Assembly: GCA_030248215.1 (NCBI GenBank)
Contig: JASANG010000627.1
Coordinates: forward strand, 310,001-374,000
From: Enoplolaimus lenunculus
Taxonomy: Eukaryota
Direction of reading: 5' to 3'
Length of the DNA stretch: 64,000 nt
Made by a program: the position numbers and the translations under genes. Positions 51,501-64,000 of the stretch are shown in pieces (positions within the stretch are counted from its first letter, which is position 1; every line of letters starts with the position of its first letter). The notes beneath the pieces are model-generated. The model was not told where the DNA came from. It made no database searches and worked only from the letters and a program-made list of their open reading frames with translations.

Positions 51501-52358
51501 TAGAATTCTATATTGAAAATTTTTTTTTGCCTCTTAATATGATCACCGCCTTTATGAGCAATTTCTTGTTGCGAGCCTGGTATAAACTTCTATATCTGGT
51601 GCAAGTCAAGGTAAAATGGTGTATAAACAAGTTAATATTTTAAACGACGTATTTAAATTAAAACTACTTACTCAAGTACCGCTTTTATTTTCCTACGGAT
51701 TGAAGCACTTGAGCAAAATGCGATAGTAGGTACACCTCATAGTTAAAGTCAGTAAAACAGGTTGATCAAATTGAGCTTATGATTGGTTAAAAAACAACTA
51801 AAATATCGATTATTGTTAATAATGCATCATCCACTTTATCTTGCGCCCGCCCTGTGGAAAACTTAGTCCTCATTTTACTATTACATTTAGTGAAAATACA
51901 TAATCTATCAGTGCATCGAAAAATGGTGATTCGTTCCACAAATTGAATTTTTAAAGTTTTTACCACTACACTGTGCTGGTATGAGATCATACGCCGCAAA
52001 ATTCTTGTAATTGTTTGAGCTTATTTCAGCAACATTTCTGTAATTATTAATGAGATGCATGCATATTACAGAAAAGCGTCGCACTTCAGCAACGCACATT
52101 TATAGATTGAATATCATTATTTTCAAATTGTATCTCGTCTCATACTTTCCTACATCAAAAACGACGTTAAACTTTGATTGAAAATTAACATTTTTCTAAT
52201 TTTAGAGTCACATTTCTACCTGGTTATAATAATTATTTTTATAAATCTACGTCTTTTAACTGAACTTTTATAAAATGACAGTTTGACCCGGAACTTCACA
52301 ATTTAAATAATTTCGTCTTCCATTAACTGCTTCAAAACGATAACAACAAGTTTCCAGT

Positions 52359-55300
52359 ATGGTTTGCACCGGCTGTGAAGATATCAAAATTGAAGTAGTC
52401 GGCCTGCGATCGTTTTTAACTCGTTGGTTTTCTGCAATCATGGGCAAATTTGACACCCACGAACGGCACATCGAAACGCTAATGCAAATCCTATCAACAA
52501 CTGGAGGCAACGGTGACAACAGTTTAATCTCTCGTGGTTTCAGCGAGGACGTCTCAGTGGCGCTAGACTCGGATCCAAGCGAAAGTTCACCTGTGGTCAA
52601 AAAACCAAAAAACACCGAGATGCCTGACGGTGGCGTTGGAAGTCCACTTGAGTTCTTATCGGCCCTTCAAGCCCATCTGTCTGGTGGTGAACCTGGCCAA
52701 ATTGCGACCGGGTTGTACTCTGATTATAGCGCAGATAAAGGCAATCATTTATCACCCGAAAGGCGGTATCTGCCTCATAAGTGCACCGCACCGCGTTCTA
52801 ACGCCACAGTGCTCGCCCGTGCTTCGGGTTTCTTTCAACCACATCGCTCTTTAACCAGTCAGGGCACCCCGCATATGCCAATGGTGCCAATTAATGACTC
52901 CCCCGTCAAGACTAAAGCTACCCCTGGGTGGATTTATGACTTGCCGCAGGCGTTGCGTGCTCCTCAACTAGACTTTCCAACATCGTTAGACCCGCTTATC
53001 GCTTCGCCAACTGGCTCGTCATCATTTGAAGATGATGAATCACATTCAAACGGCACGACTCCAACTATGGCCACGTCATCACTGAAGATACCACAACTCG
53101 ATCCGCAGACGTCTGTCGCAAAGACAATTCAGAGAAATTTATGCAACGCAAAATTGAATTCGGATTCAAATTCAATCAAGGATGGTGGCTTGCAACGAGA
53201 CTGGCCACAGCATTATAGTAGCGTTGTACAGCATTGGTTGGGTTCGGCGACCGTACAACGGGATAAGGGGGCGGCTGGAGAAACGAAGCGAGGGTCGTGG
53301 AACACACAGGCAGGCTGTGTTGATTATGATGGGGACCGACCGGCATCTGAAACTCATGGGACTACTAGACAATCGGCAATAATCGCCGCGGCGACTAAGC
53401 AGTTATCAGATATGATTGCAAAACAATTGCTTTTGGCAAGCGTGAATAAAAGTGCAGGTTGTTTGTTTAGTTGTAGTTCCGATTCTTGGAAGACTAAATT
53501 GGGACAGAGTACGGCAAAAACTCGCTAACAGCATTTGAAATGTCAGCTTCGTGGTAATTCAGGAAATAAAATTCTGAAACTTGCAAGCGTTAATCGCCGT
53601 ACACAATATAAATTTTAACTTTGACACAAAGTATGTCATACGGTAGGGTAAACGCGTGACTAATTTTAAATATGTCAAGTGTTAAGGCTACCCAAACACT
53701 TTTTAAGGTTAACCCTGCCCTAACGCTTTTTTATGTTAACCCTACCTTAACACTTTTAACCCTAAATTAAAACGCTTGTCACAAAAAACTTTGCCACGCG
53801 TGTTAGTGTAGGGTTTACGCAAAATTTACGCAGAAACAACAAAAAATTTTCGCTGGTCAAAGGAACGTATGACATACTTATATATTGGTACAAAATCTTA
53901 ACAGAACTAAAACACTATTAATAAGACGACGATATCGAAGTATATTTTTGCTGCAAACGTTAAAAGACACTTTGTTATTTCAATAACTCATTCATGTTCA
54001 TGATTTCTTAATAAATTTCCATATGCTATTACTTCGGCGAAGATAACAAACCAGAATCAGTTGAATATTAAGTAATGTAGATTTATTTCAGGCGCTGTCG
54101 CTGGCGACCCTTTTCCAAATTGTGATTTCGGCGACGACAAAACCAACAACCAACCACATACAGTTATTGAAGAGCCGCCTTCTTTTAATACTTCAAGTCC
54201 ACTTGGTGCCAAACGTGGCAACCTTGACTCACCTCAAAGAATCAGTGCAGGCAGTACTGCAAGCAGTAGCAGCCCTACTGCTGTTTCGGTAACTGAAACA
54301 AGCAACTTAAAGCAATCATTAAGCAATCAAGGTTTCCCTGCAGCTAAAAAACGAAAATGCCCGGATCCGGTCAAAGTGACGTCAGTTTTGCTACACAACA
54401 CTGTTGAGGAAGATTCGCCTGCGAGTAACGGTGGCAACCAGAATGATGATCAATCTTGGGGTAATAATGAGCAATCTTTAGATAGTGGCGAATGGGAACC
54501 ACCGTGGCGAAAAAGCTCAATTGAAGACCCGGCCAATATTGTTTTAGGTAAGTAAAGATAAAGATCGATTTAAATATTCACCTCAAACAAAGAAAGGTAA
54601 TATAGCGGATCCAGTGGGGGATGCGGGGGGTCGTACACGTCCTGCCAGAAATTTTTTTATGTTAAAATGGTAAGGTTACTGCCTAGCAATTTTTCCTTCC
54701 AGAAAATTGCCACATATATAGCATACCGTAAAAATTGCGTTTCATATTGTATTGACCCGAATAAGAGGAGGGTAATAATAGGGGGTCCCCATTTTGGGTC
54801 CGAATCAATAGAAGTCCGTATCCCTAATAAGAGTCCCGTAAGCGGATGGAGTCCCTAAACCCAGTTAGAGTCCATAAATGCCAATTAACCCTAATTGTAG
54901 CACATAAATGACTCCAGGACCAAATAATTTGAGTTCGAAACTTAAAGCTACTTAAATTTTGAAAGTACATTCCTAAGTATAACCTTTTATTATCGATCAA
55001 ACTATTGAAACGAGACAAATATACGTTTAATTCAGCGGATAGTTGCAGTACCGGATATATATCAGTAACGAAGGGCGGTGGAGCCTGGGTTAAAAATAAA
55101 TAACAGTCCGTAACCGAAAAACAAGGGGGGTTCCCTCTGGAGAGGTCAAATAAATATCAGTCCCCCCTCTTATTCGGGTCAATACAGTAACCTTTGCCAG
55201 CCCGCTTTTCTTTCAAAAATTTTTGAATCCGCCGCTCTTTATCTATAAAATAAGATGAAAGTTAATTGATATTTTTGTTCTATAAACGTTATATTTTCTT

Positions 55301-57329
55301 TAAATCATAACAATTTTGTAGTAGGTATAGCAAGCCTTATTTAATTCTGATATAATAAGGTTGCTTTTGCTGCAATATATTTCCAACAATTGTTGTGATA
55401 TTTATCAGTCCGTTTGTGTGAATAAATCAACCTGAAAAAGAGCAAATTTTAATATTGAACATCGGATTTGAAGCCTTAGCAAAATGGCAGATCTTTTGCA
55501 GTATTTCAACGCAGCAGATCACAAAACTATATTAGCTTCAGCTGCAGGTTGCGCTATATTTTAAGTAATAAATTTTGCGTTTCAAAATATATGACGATTT
55601 TTACAATATTAGCGCGGAACGAAAATAAAAGCCAAACGACGTGAAACCTAAGCAACATGTTTTGTTTGTTAATTTTTGGTTACTTAATATTTGACGGCGA
55701 ATTATTTATTTTTAGACCCGTCTGAGATGAAACGTCTTATCGCAGAGTACGGACCGGCCAAGAGTGAAAAGTCAGAAGCCGAAGAAGTTGACAATGTTAA
55801 CCAGAAGGACAACAACCACGAGGTAAGAAAACATTCCCAAGTTGCTTGAGTCTGAAATGCGAACTCTCACTTAAATTAATTTTAGTTTATTAAGTTGGCC
55901 GGTGTGCAGTATTCACTTGAATAATTGTGCGCATAGAACTTATTGTATTATTTTTAATTTTATTGCAAATTCTGTCTTGCAGAATACAAATGTTTTAACA
56001 ATCGAAATTTCCATTGTACGCTTTTGAAAATTGTCACTGACAAACACAGAAAACCTGGATCAATTTTCTGTGACTTTGGAATAATTATTGTTTTTGATAT
56101 ATCAGATTGTAATGCTGGCTATAATTCATTGTCAGTTAAATTTTTTTAAATAATTACGGCGTTTTTATTATAATTTTAACAATTGTACGTTTTAGTCTGA
56201 TACCGCTTCACATATTTCAAATTCAATTGCTGAAACCCTGCGTTCCGTCTCTCAGTCCACTTCTCACAACACCGCCACTCCATTAGCCACTCCGGGACTT
56301 GTAAGCCCATCTCTATCTGCCGACGCATCACCCACTAGCTATGTCGCCAGTGAAATGAAATCAACCAACCAAAAGCCGTCACTCAAACGCTACAGTCATC
56401 CGATTTTTTGTCCTCCAATCAAATCTCGTTCACCGGAGCTACCACGTTCCGCAGACCAATCAGAACGCAGCAAACCTATTAGGCCCTCGATGATAAAGCC
56501 ACGTCAGCATACATTGGCTAGTCTTCATCAACTGTCGCACAGGTCTCGGGCTATTAAGTCATCTAGTCGCCCCACGAGGCCCTCACAACCGTGTGGAGGA
56601 ACACAAGCCACCCCTGCGTCTAAGTTTCTATATCCCTCGGCCGACGGGGCCATTCCGGCAGCGTTCTCGTGTGAACCTGGCCAACTACTTACCGATGATA
56701 ATGTATGCACCATCTGTGGCAAAAAGCTATCAATGCGCGGAAACGGTTTAAAACACGTCAAACTTCACATTTTCGGCAAAACCCTTCAATGTCCACATTG
56801 TCCAAATAAATTTAGTCAAAGTTCAAATTTAAAAAATCACATTCTCGCACGACATTTACGCGAATCAAAGCGACCGCCGCAGGTGTCATCCGAATCGTTT
56901 GTCCATTCATCTCGAGTCGTTCCAACAAATACTACGCCAGTGACCCGACAGAGTAAAAAGTTTTCAATGAACACATTTGATTCATTCATAACTAACGATC
57001 ATTCATCAAGGGCTGGAGCACTGGAAACACTTCGCGGAGATGATAGTAGTTCAGACATCGTAGAAGATTTTAACACCGTTGCAAATCAAAAAGAGACCAT
57101 GGAATTGGAAGCGAATACGACAAAAGTTGAAGTCTCAATCATGGACAATAGTCAAAATGGACTAGAAACGATGTCAGTGGTTAGCGAATTGGGCAACGAT
57201 GAAGATGAAAGTAGCGCGATTGAGTCTTGGAATACCAATGATCAAGCAGCAAATATGGTTTCAATAAAAAAATATCAAACATCGAATGAAAATCGACGAG
57301 TGTCTAATGCGATAATTTGTTCGGATTAA
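52359..57329 (+). CDS. C2H2 zinc-finger protein (2 fingers), 4 exons, ~931 aa
   Basis: Exons 52359-53457, 54092-54547, 55716-55822, 56196-57329 (GT-AG, phases 1/1/0, 2796 nt). Fingers: 'CTICGKKLSMRGNGLKHVKLH' and 'CPHCPNKFSQSSNLKNHILARH'. NLS-like 'PAAKKRK'. Long S/P/T-rich disordered regions. Confidence 0.85.
53629..53879. mobile_element. MITE with a perfect 14-bp TIR and internal AACCCT-like repeats
   Basis: AAGTATGTCATACG / CGTATGACATACTT, with internal 'ttaaccct' repeats. Confidence 0.65.
54745..55189. mobile_element. Tc1/mariner-like MITE nested in a 'GCGGATCCAG' MITE (~54603-55237), in intron 2 of ZF gene 1
   Basis: TIR tattgtattgacccgaataagagg / cctcttattcgggtcaatacagta with TA ends. 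A partial reverse copy lies at ~47800-47960, and related elements at 35259-35674 and ~43430-43585. Confidence 0.7.
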
Positions 57330-60300
57330 AGTTTAAATATAATGTTTGTTGTATTTTAGTGTGCTCTGTTTTCCAGTGATCGTTATTTAGCCAATAGTCG
57401 CAAAAATGACGATATTTTGGAAAAATGGTTGATTATGTGGACGAACAATATTGTGCTTAAATATTTTTCACTATAAGTAAGCATTATCGCTTGAAATCAA
57501 ACGCAGTCATTGCACCAATTTGAACGGCAATTATAACTCTGTGAAGCGCCGAGTTTAATTCCAGACTTAAGCTAGATTTCTGTCAAATCGAAAAACCAAC
57601 GGGAAAACTGATTCAGTGTGTTCAATTGTTTTGAGGACACTTACTAAAACCAAAAATATTTTATTTGCGCCGTGTTAGCTTCGATCGAAGATGTTGTATT
57701 CAACCCTTGAGTATGTTTTATGAAATTAAAAAGCGAAAAGGATCGCTTTGAAATCTTCAAACGTAATATTTTGAAAATCAAAAGTGAATATTGGTTCACT
57801 AAACATATTCGATTGTCGCAATGTATTTACCTATTATTGTTTTTATGGCTCATGTTGCTTTTAGGTTCCTGATTCCTGTAGAACTGACAGAGAATAATCT
57901 TAGGCGTTAGAATATTTTGGCTGGAGCTAAATTTTGGCTAAACCGCACGCAAACACTTAGGCTTCGGAATATTGCTTATAGCGTTATTGCTGTTTTAACC
58001 CCTAAAAGTAACATTACATTTTTCATTTATTCATGTCTTCCAGGTAGTGCCACAATTTTATCTTTTATTTATAATTCACAATATATAATTAGTTATTTTA
58101 TTAATTCCTGTATCACAGTATGTGTCAAACATGTGCCTTGTGTTTTAGCTTATATCTATTGAGCAAACTTTTATGCAATTTTTTGCAGATAACCGTTGAT
58201 AGTTTGGCTTTGTGAACCTCGCTGTTCAGTCAGTTTGGTTAGGTTAAAATACGAGTGGTTTATGACCAGCATCGGATCTACAAATTTCTGACTGGCGGCG
58301 GGCTGGCAAAAGTTATGATACGCAATTTTTATTGTGTATGCCATATACGTGCTAATTTTCTAAGGCGGAGGGAATTGCAAGGTAGAGACGTTACCATTTT
58401 TATCACAAAAAATTGTCCGACGAGGGCACGCGTACACCTCTACGGCCTCTCTTCTGGACGGGATCCGCTAGTATTTATGGCGGCCTTACAGAATGTTTAA
58501 TGTTACTCTGCTTATTGGAAAATATTTTGCCGACAGCTTAGAAGTAAAATTTTTTGGTGAGACATAGTACATATTGGTGTAGTTCACAAGTAATCTACTT
58601 TATTACAGTATTTTTTATTTCTACTGTTACCTGAGAGTGCCTTGTATATTTAATTAATTATGCAATTATTGGCTTTAATTATATTTCAATGTTTATTTAC
58701 GATATTGCAAGTTGGATTAATGATTAGCAAAATAAGGCTAATCTTTTGTAGAGCAGAATTTTTAATTTTCATTCAACAGTCGATCTTTTGAAAAGATTAA
58801 TAAATAAACTTATTTTTTGAAAAATCTATAACGTTAATTAAAAAGTTCAGTTGAACTAAACTTTGAAAGTTGTTTTTGAATCATAATTTAAACTGGAGTT
58901 AGTTCTAGTGCAGCATAAGTTCAATAGTGTTCGTATCACATCAACTTTTGTTCACTTTGAGGTTTCATATGTATACCTACACAGGAAACAAATTATCTGT
59001 TATTCTAGAAATATTGTTTGTAATTTAAGACAGTTTTGTCTTAATACGGTATCCGGATATATATGTTTTGAACTCCAGAGTCTTTTATTTCTGACAATTT
59101 TTCGACTTAAAACGCTGAAACTTAAGACTTTGATTAATAAACGATTATGACGAATATTTCTAAAAAACAATATGTCTGACATATTATAGACAAATATGTC
59201 TGAAATATATGAAAAGATTTACCAGGGACGCCGACTCCAAAATAGACAGACAGAACTCAACCAAGTTCCCTGATTTTACAACATAAGATGAGTTCAAGAC
59301 CTAAACTTTGGTTGGGGCGCCTGTGCTCAGCAGAAAATATCCTTGAACTTCGAATAATTTACGCTCTCAATAATATAAACGCAACCATTCAATTTACAAA
59401 CATTGAAATAAGAAAATTCTTGAATATAAGACATTTGTGTTTTAACCATCTCAGACACAAATTTCTGATCAAAATATAATGGTGTGTGCTTAAACCCTGT
59501 CTTTCGTTCATTTTTTTGTTTCTTATAAAAATCCAATAGTTTATATACCATGTATACTTTATTAATGTGTGCATTATAATTAAGTCAAGTGCTTTAAAAT
59601 AAATTTCCTCAAATGTGTGTTTTTCTTAATATCGTAAGAATTATTTTTCGATAATCAATTGTAGAGCGATATTAGCTTATAATTTTAAACAACTTTAAAT
59701 ATACTGCAACCATTCACGTTTTGATACCTTTGTTCTGGACTTAATTTTCACTTGATCGCATCCTTCTATTGAAATAAACACTTAAAGAAAACATACTAAA
59801 GTATTTACGCTTACGCCACTTATATTTTCCAGTTACTGGAGTTGCATCGTCTCTAGTTCCCATATTTCTGTAAGCTGCTACCAAACTCCTTACACCTCAT
59901 AGTTTCACAAAATAGCGTCTATACTATTAAGTACATCGAGTCTCATCGGAACCGTCGAAACATCAAAAAGAAAATTGTTCTGCCCCTTGATCTTTGCATG
60001 AGCCCAGGATATGACAGCATAAATTTGGAAATGTCTAAATATGCTCGCAAGTATCAGTTAAAGTTTTCCCTTTACCGTACAAGTTAAACGTGTTTATCCC
60101 TTAGTCACCACTTTAATCAGTGTGCTGGACCTGGAAATGATAATACCACGACAGCAGGGTAACAAATTTTGCCGTAGCCGGATGTAGGGCAAAAATTTTG
60201 TGCTGAATGGGCCAAATGTTTAAATAACGTATAAAGCGTTGCCAAAATTTTGGCTTTAAGATTCCTTTTTAAGAAATCTTGACCAAGCGTCCAAAATTGC

Positions 60301-60557
60301 CCCAAACTGACAAACTCGCCGAAACTGAAATCTTTGATAAAACTACGAAAAATATCACTGCCAAAAATGCCCGAGCCTCCGGCAAAAATTCTTACCAAGC
60401 CGCAGTCCGATTTTCTGCAGGCGGTAAACAACATTTAGCGTTCTACGTCAGCAAGATGATTTTTATTTTTTATCACAATTTGCCTAATTCGTGAATTTAG
60501 AATTATAAAACAGCCAAATTTAAGTAATTAAATTTTACGGAACTACTTCGTTCAAAC

Positions 60558-62680
60558 ATGGTCACAAACCAGCAACCGTGTGACGCGTGTGCTCAATTAT
60601 TTCAAACCGAACTGGTTCAACTTCGTTTCTATTTATCAAATTGGTTCATAAAAATAATGACTCGTCTTGAAGATCATGAATCTAAATTGCAAACGTTCAT
60701 AAACGCATTCGCTGCAACCAACGGCGACTACTCCAGGTCATTTCAGTTCAACAGCCATTCAGATTTCAGCTACAGTAACCTTGCCGCAAAGCAAATTAAA
60801 CTCAACTGTAATTCAAATTCAAACGAAACTTTTGACGATTCCGACGAATCCGAAAACAGTAAAAGTCCTCAAGATAGACAGAAAAATGGAATTAGTTCCA
60901 AGCATAATTTTCAAAATACATCCAACTTTCTTACTGTACATGGGAGACACAATATGGAGCTACCTGTCAATCAGCTTTACCAAGAAAACCCAAATTTGGC
61001 TAAAGATGCTCAATTTTCTCCAACTGACTCACGCGAAACAAACGTCGGCAACCCGACTCTCCAACTAAAGTCAACATCGTTGTTTCCGATAATGAATAAA
61101 TCCTCTAAATATCCGTCAATTTTGGCGCGTAAGCTAGCTAAGTCAGCCGTGGACAAACAACGATCGCCAGAACAGCGCGGGGCGGACTCAAAAATCGCCA
61201 TTGATCGCGGTGATGCAGCTTTGGCTGGAGTGTCTGATGTTTTTTCAGCTGAAAATTCAAACGCAATGGAAGAAGGGTTTGCGTCTATTGGTAAGATTTC
61301 GCGAGTAACTCTCGTAAGATAGGCGAAAATAAAATAAATCGTGTTCCTGTTAGTAATATACCTACATTACAATGTGTATATTTTAAATCATATAAGCAAT
61401 CCTGCATGAAAAACAAAATTTTTCTTATATTTGTTGCAGAAAAGAAAGCACTCGATTTCGAGCAGAAAGTAAAAGAATTGCTTCGTCAACGCTTTGGAGA
61501 TGGTCAAAGGTCAATTGACACGAAACCAGAGAATGAGCTGCAAGCTTGTCCAAACCAGGATACGGAAGACATGCAAAATTTTGATGAGTTTAGTAATTTT
61601 CAATTCAGTCAAAAATTCAATTTACCAAATACACTCAAGCTGGAGTTGAAAATTCAACCCGAGACTGAATGTTTACCGGAATTTGCAGTAGGCAGCATTG
61701 GAGTTGAACCGAACGACGTAGCAGGGCCGTTGGGAGTCCATGGCTCGTTATACGATCGTGAGCAACAGCAAGCAGAAGTGTCAAAAATTAGCCGCAAGTT
61801 CGGCGAAAAGTTTAATGCTTCGAAAATTGATTGTAATCTGTCCAACTCGAATTTTGAAACAAGCATTGCTCTTAGCACCCGGAACAGGTCCTGTCCAAGC
61901 AAGTCAACAGAATTGCTAGTCTCTGAAAGTCAATTGCATTCGAAATCAGGTTTGACATCAGCGTTGGGACCGGTTTCAACGCCGTTTTCATTTACCGCAA
62001 CATCTCCAACCCAAGTGTCAAACATCTCAACAACAGTAACATCACTGTTTCCTTGCGTCTCCCAGCATCGAGCCAATGAAATCGCGTCGTCCCGAACACC
62101 TGCAAAACTACCAGCAAAATCATCCAATCAAACGCCAGAACAACACCAACGTTTCGCCAATCGTCACCGAGTAACCACTCAAAAACGAGCATTGGACACC
62201 GATGGCAAAATGTCGCCACCAAAAACTATGACAACAACAACAGCCACAACAGCAGCAGCGACAACAATCGAACAAAAAATATCAGTCCAACCAGTCACAG
62301 CGTTCAGTGACATATTTCGTCGCCATCAACAAAGTAAATCGCTTGCGTCTACGGCGACTCCAACAGCCACTTCAGCAATAGAACCTGGCGATTATTTATC
62401 GGCGAACAACTCATGTAATCTGTGCGGCAAAAAGCTATCAAGCAGAGCTAATGCTGTCAAACATGTCAGGTTACACATTGACGGCCGGACAATTGGATGC
62501 CCGTGGTGTCCGATGAAATTTGGAACCCGATATAATTTGAATATGCATGCGATGCGAAAACACGGAGACGCCGCGAGGTCTGCGGGATTTTTTACGTCAG
62601 CCGCAATGTTGCATTATGGGCAAAAGTTTAAAGCTGGCGCTCGGGCGCGTCAAAAAAGTAGTGCGCTCAGATCAGTATAA
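60558..62680 (+). CDS. C2H2 zinc-finger protein (2 fingers), 2 exons, ~657 aa; paralog of 52359-57329
   Basis: Exons 60558-61290 and 61440-62680 (phase-1 intron, gtaag...ttgcag). Fingers: 'CNLCGKKLSSRANAVKHVRLH' and 'CPWCPMKFGTRYNLNMHAMRKH'. The N-terminus is similar to that of the upstream paralog. Confidence 0.88.
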
Positions 62681-62689
62681 CAGCCGTTT

Positions 62690-63125
62690 GACGCGACATT
62701 TTGCATACCTACAACACTGCTAAAAGCGGTTAGTAAGCGGTTCGCTAAACGCAGAGAATCTGTCGCGTCACGCGACATTTTGCCAATCTATAACACTGTT
62801 GCAAGCGATTGACGAGAGGTACAACAAACGAAATGTAGAAGAATCATGCTACATAACATTTTGCACCCACATATTCTCTGAGGGTTGTAGGCGATTCGGT
62901 AAACTCAGAGTACAGTCGTGTCTCGCTACAGTCTGCCGGCCTACAATGTTGTGCTTCTAAAGGTGTCGAGCCACGCGATAAACTGAGAATAAATAACCAT
63001 CATCGTATCGTGCGACATTTTGCCTACTTATAACACGGATTGTTGGTGTTGACGAGAAGTTGGTCAAGTTGAACGTAAACTTACCATGCCACGCGACATT
63101 TTGCCGACTTACTGGCACTATTCGT
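62690..63125 (+). repeat. Degenerate ~80-bp tandem repeat immediately after the ZF gene 2 stop codon
   Basis: The core (C)GCGACATTTTGC recurs at ~62693, 62772, 63013 and 63093, with decayed versions at ~62853 and ~62925. Confidence 0.7.
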
Positions 63126-64000
63126 CGATAGTTGATGAAATTTGACGCCGATTCAAGCAACGTTTAGTACCATGAATTTGAGAGCATAATAATGTTATGG
63201 ATGGGAAGTAAAGCAAAATAGTACCTTGGCTGGCGAACATTTTAAAAACTTCTACAAGAATTCGTATGTTAGCATTCGATATATAAATTTCTTTATTGGG
63301 TATTTATAATTTGGCTTATTGTTCTAGTTTTTCTGTTCGAGGTGCAGTCCTTAAAGAAATATAGACTCAGTGCAGCGTTTTTAGACTTGAAGCACAGTGC
63401 ACACCATATAGTTTTGGTTAAGTTTTTAAAATTTTTTTGGCCAGTTTATAGAACCGACCCGTAACAGTAGTATAAGCAAATTTCTAAGCGTAAAGATAAG
63501 CCTATACCTAAGCCTAAGCAAAAAAATTACTTTAAAGCTTAAAACTTATTTTGTTGCAGTTCTGCGACAAAACGGTTTGCACCCTATTCATTTTTGCGTA
63601 TATCATGAAATAGCAATAAATACCTATCGCCAATTAGCAAGAATATGCTTACATTCAGTAAAACAGCCTTTAATCAAGCTTATAGGTTGTTACCGTTGTA
63701 TTTTTCAAGAAAAAATCAACTACAAAAAGAAAGCAATCAGGAGGCTACTTAGCTGATGACGTAGCTTTAAATTGATACCTAAAGGTTGGTAGCATTGTAC
63801 TTCGATGGGTTTGCAATTTTATTTCTGTTTCGTATCTTTTAAGTCGCATCAAATCATAACCAGGTTCAAGTAGGCCCGTAGCCAGCTCACCATGCTACAG
63901 GGCTAAAAAATTTTCAGGCGGGGCATGCAAGGGTTTTTAATTACTTGCAAGCAGAAAATATTCTATGGGGTGCAAAGTTCTTCTAGGGGCGGTTGAGCCA

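Noticed and set aside
39300..52300. 13-kb stretch searched for an additional gene
   Set aside because: I found only MITE fragments and AT-rich DNA and could not build a phase-consistent exon chain. Small or non-coding exons cannot be excluded.
62690..63125. Conserved core plus variable spacer, CRISPR-like
   Set aside because: The cores are short and degenerate, the spacers are partly homologous to each other, and no cas genes are present.

Overview
This is AT-rich eukaryotic (metazoan, invertebrate-like) genomic DNA with spliceosomal introns; it is not prokaryotic. I assembled five spliced genes by hand, with splice phases matching at every junction. (1) Minus strand: a 13-exon, ~1013-aa M60/TCAF-like zinc metallopeptidase with a duplicated N-terminal domain, a myristoylation-type start and a catalytic region that reads as bacterial-like. 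(2) Plus strand: a 13-exon TBC1D22 Rab-GAP whose first intron is GC-AG. (3) A 5-exon, ~426-aa unrecognised gene with a basic/RS tract. (4, 5) Two tandem paralogous C2H2 zinc-finger genes sharing an unrecognised N-terminal CxxC plus helical module. The window opens with the 3' end of an SGNH-hydrolase-like ORF. Introns and intergenic DNA are dense with small non-autonomous DNA transposons (hAT-, PIF/Harbinger-, CMC-, Tc1/mariner- and Helentron-like), several of them nested. Many carry degenerate TTAGGC/GCCTAA arrays, the nematode-type telomeric hexamer, which weakly suggests a nematode host. All family assignments come from recognised motifs, not from database searches.
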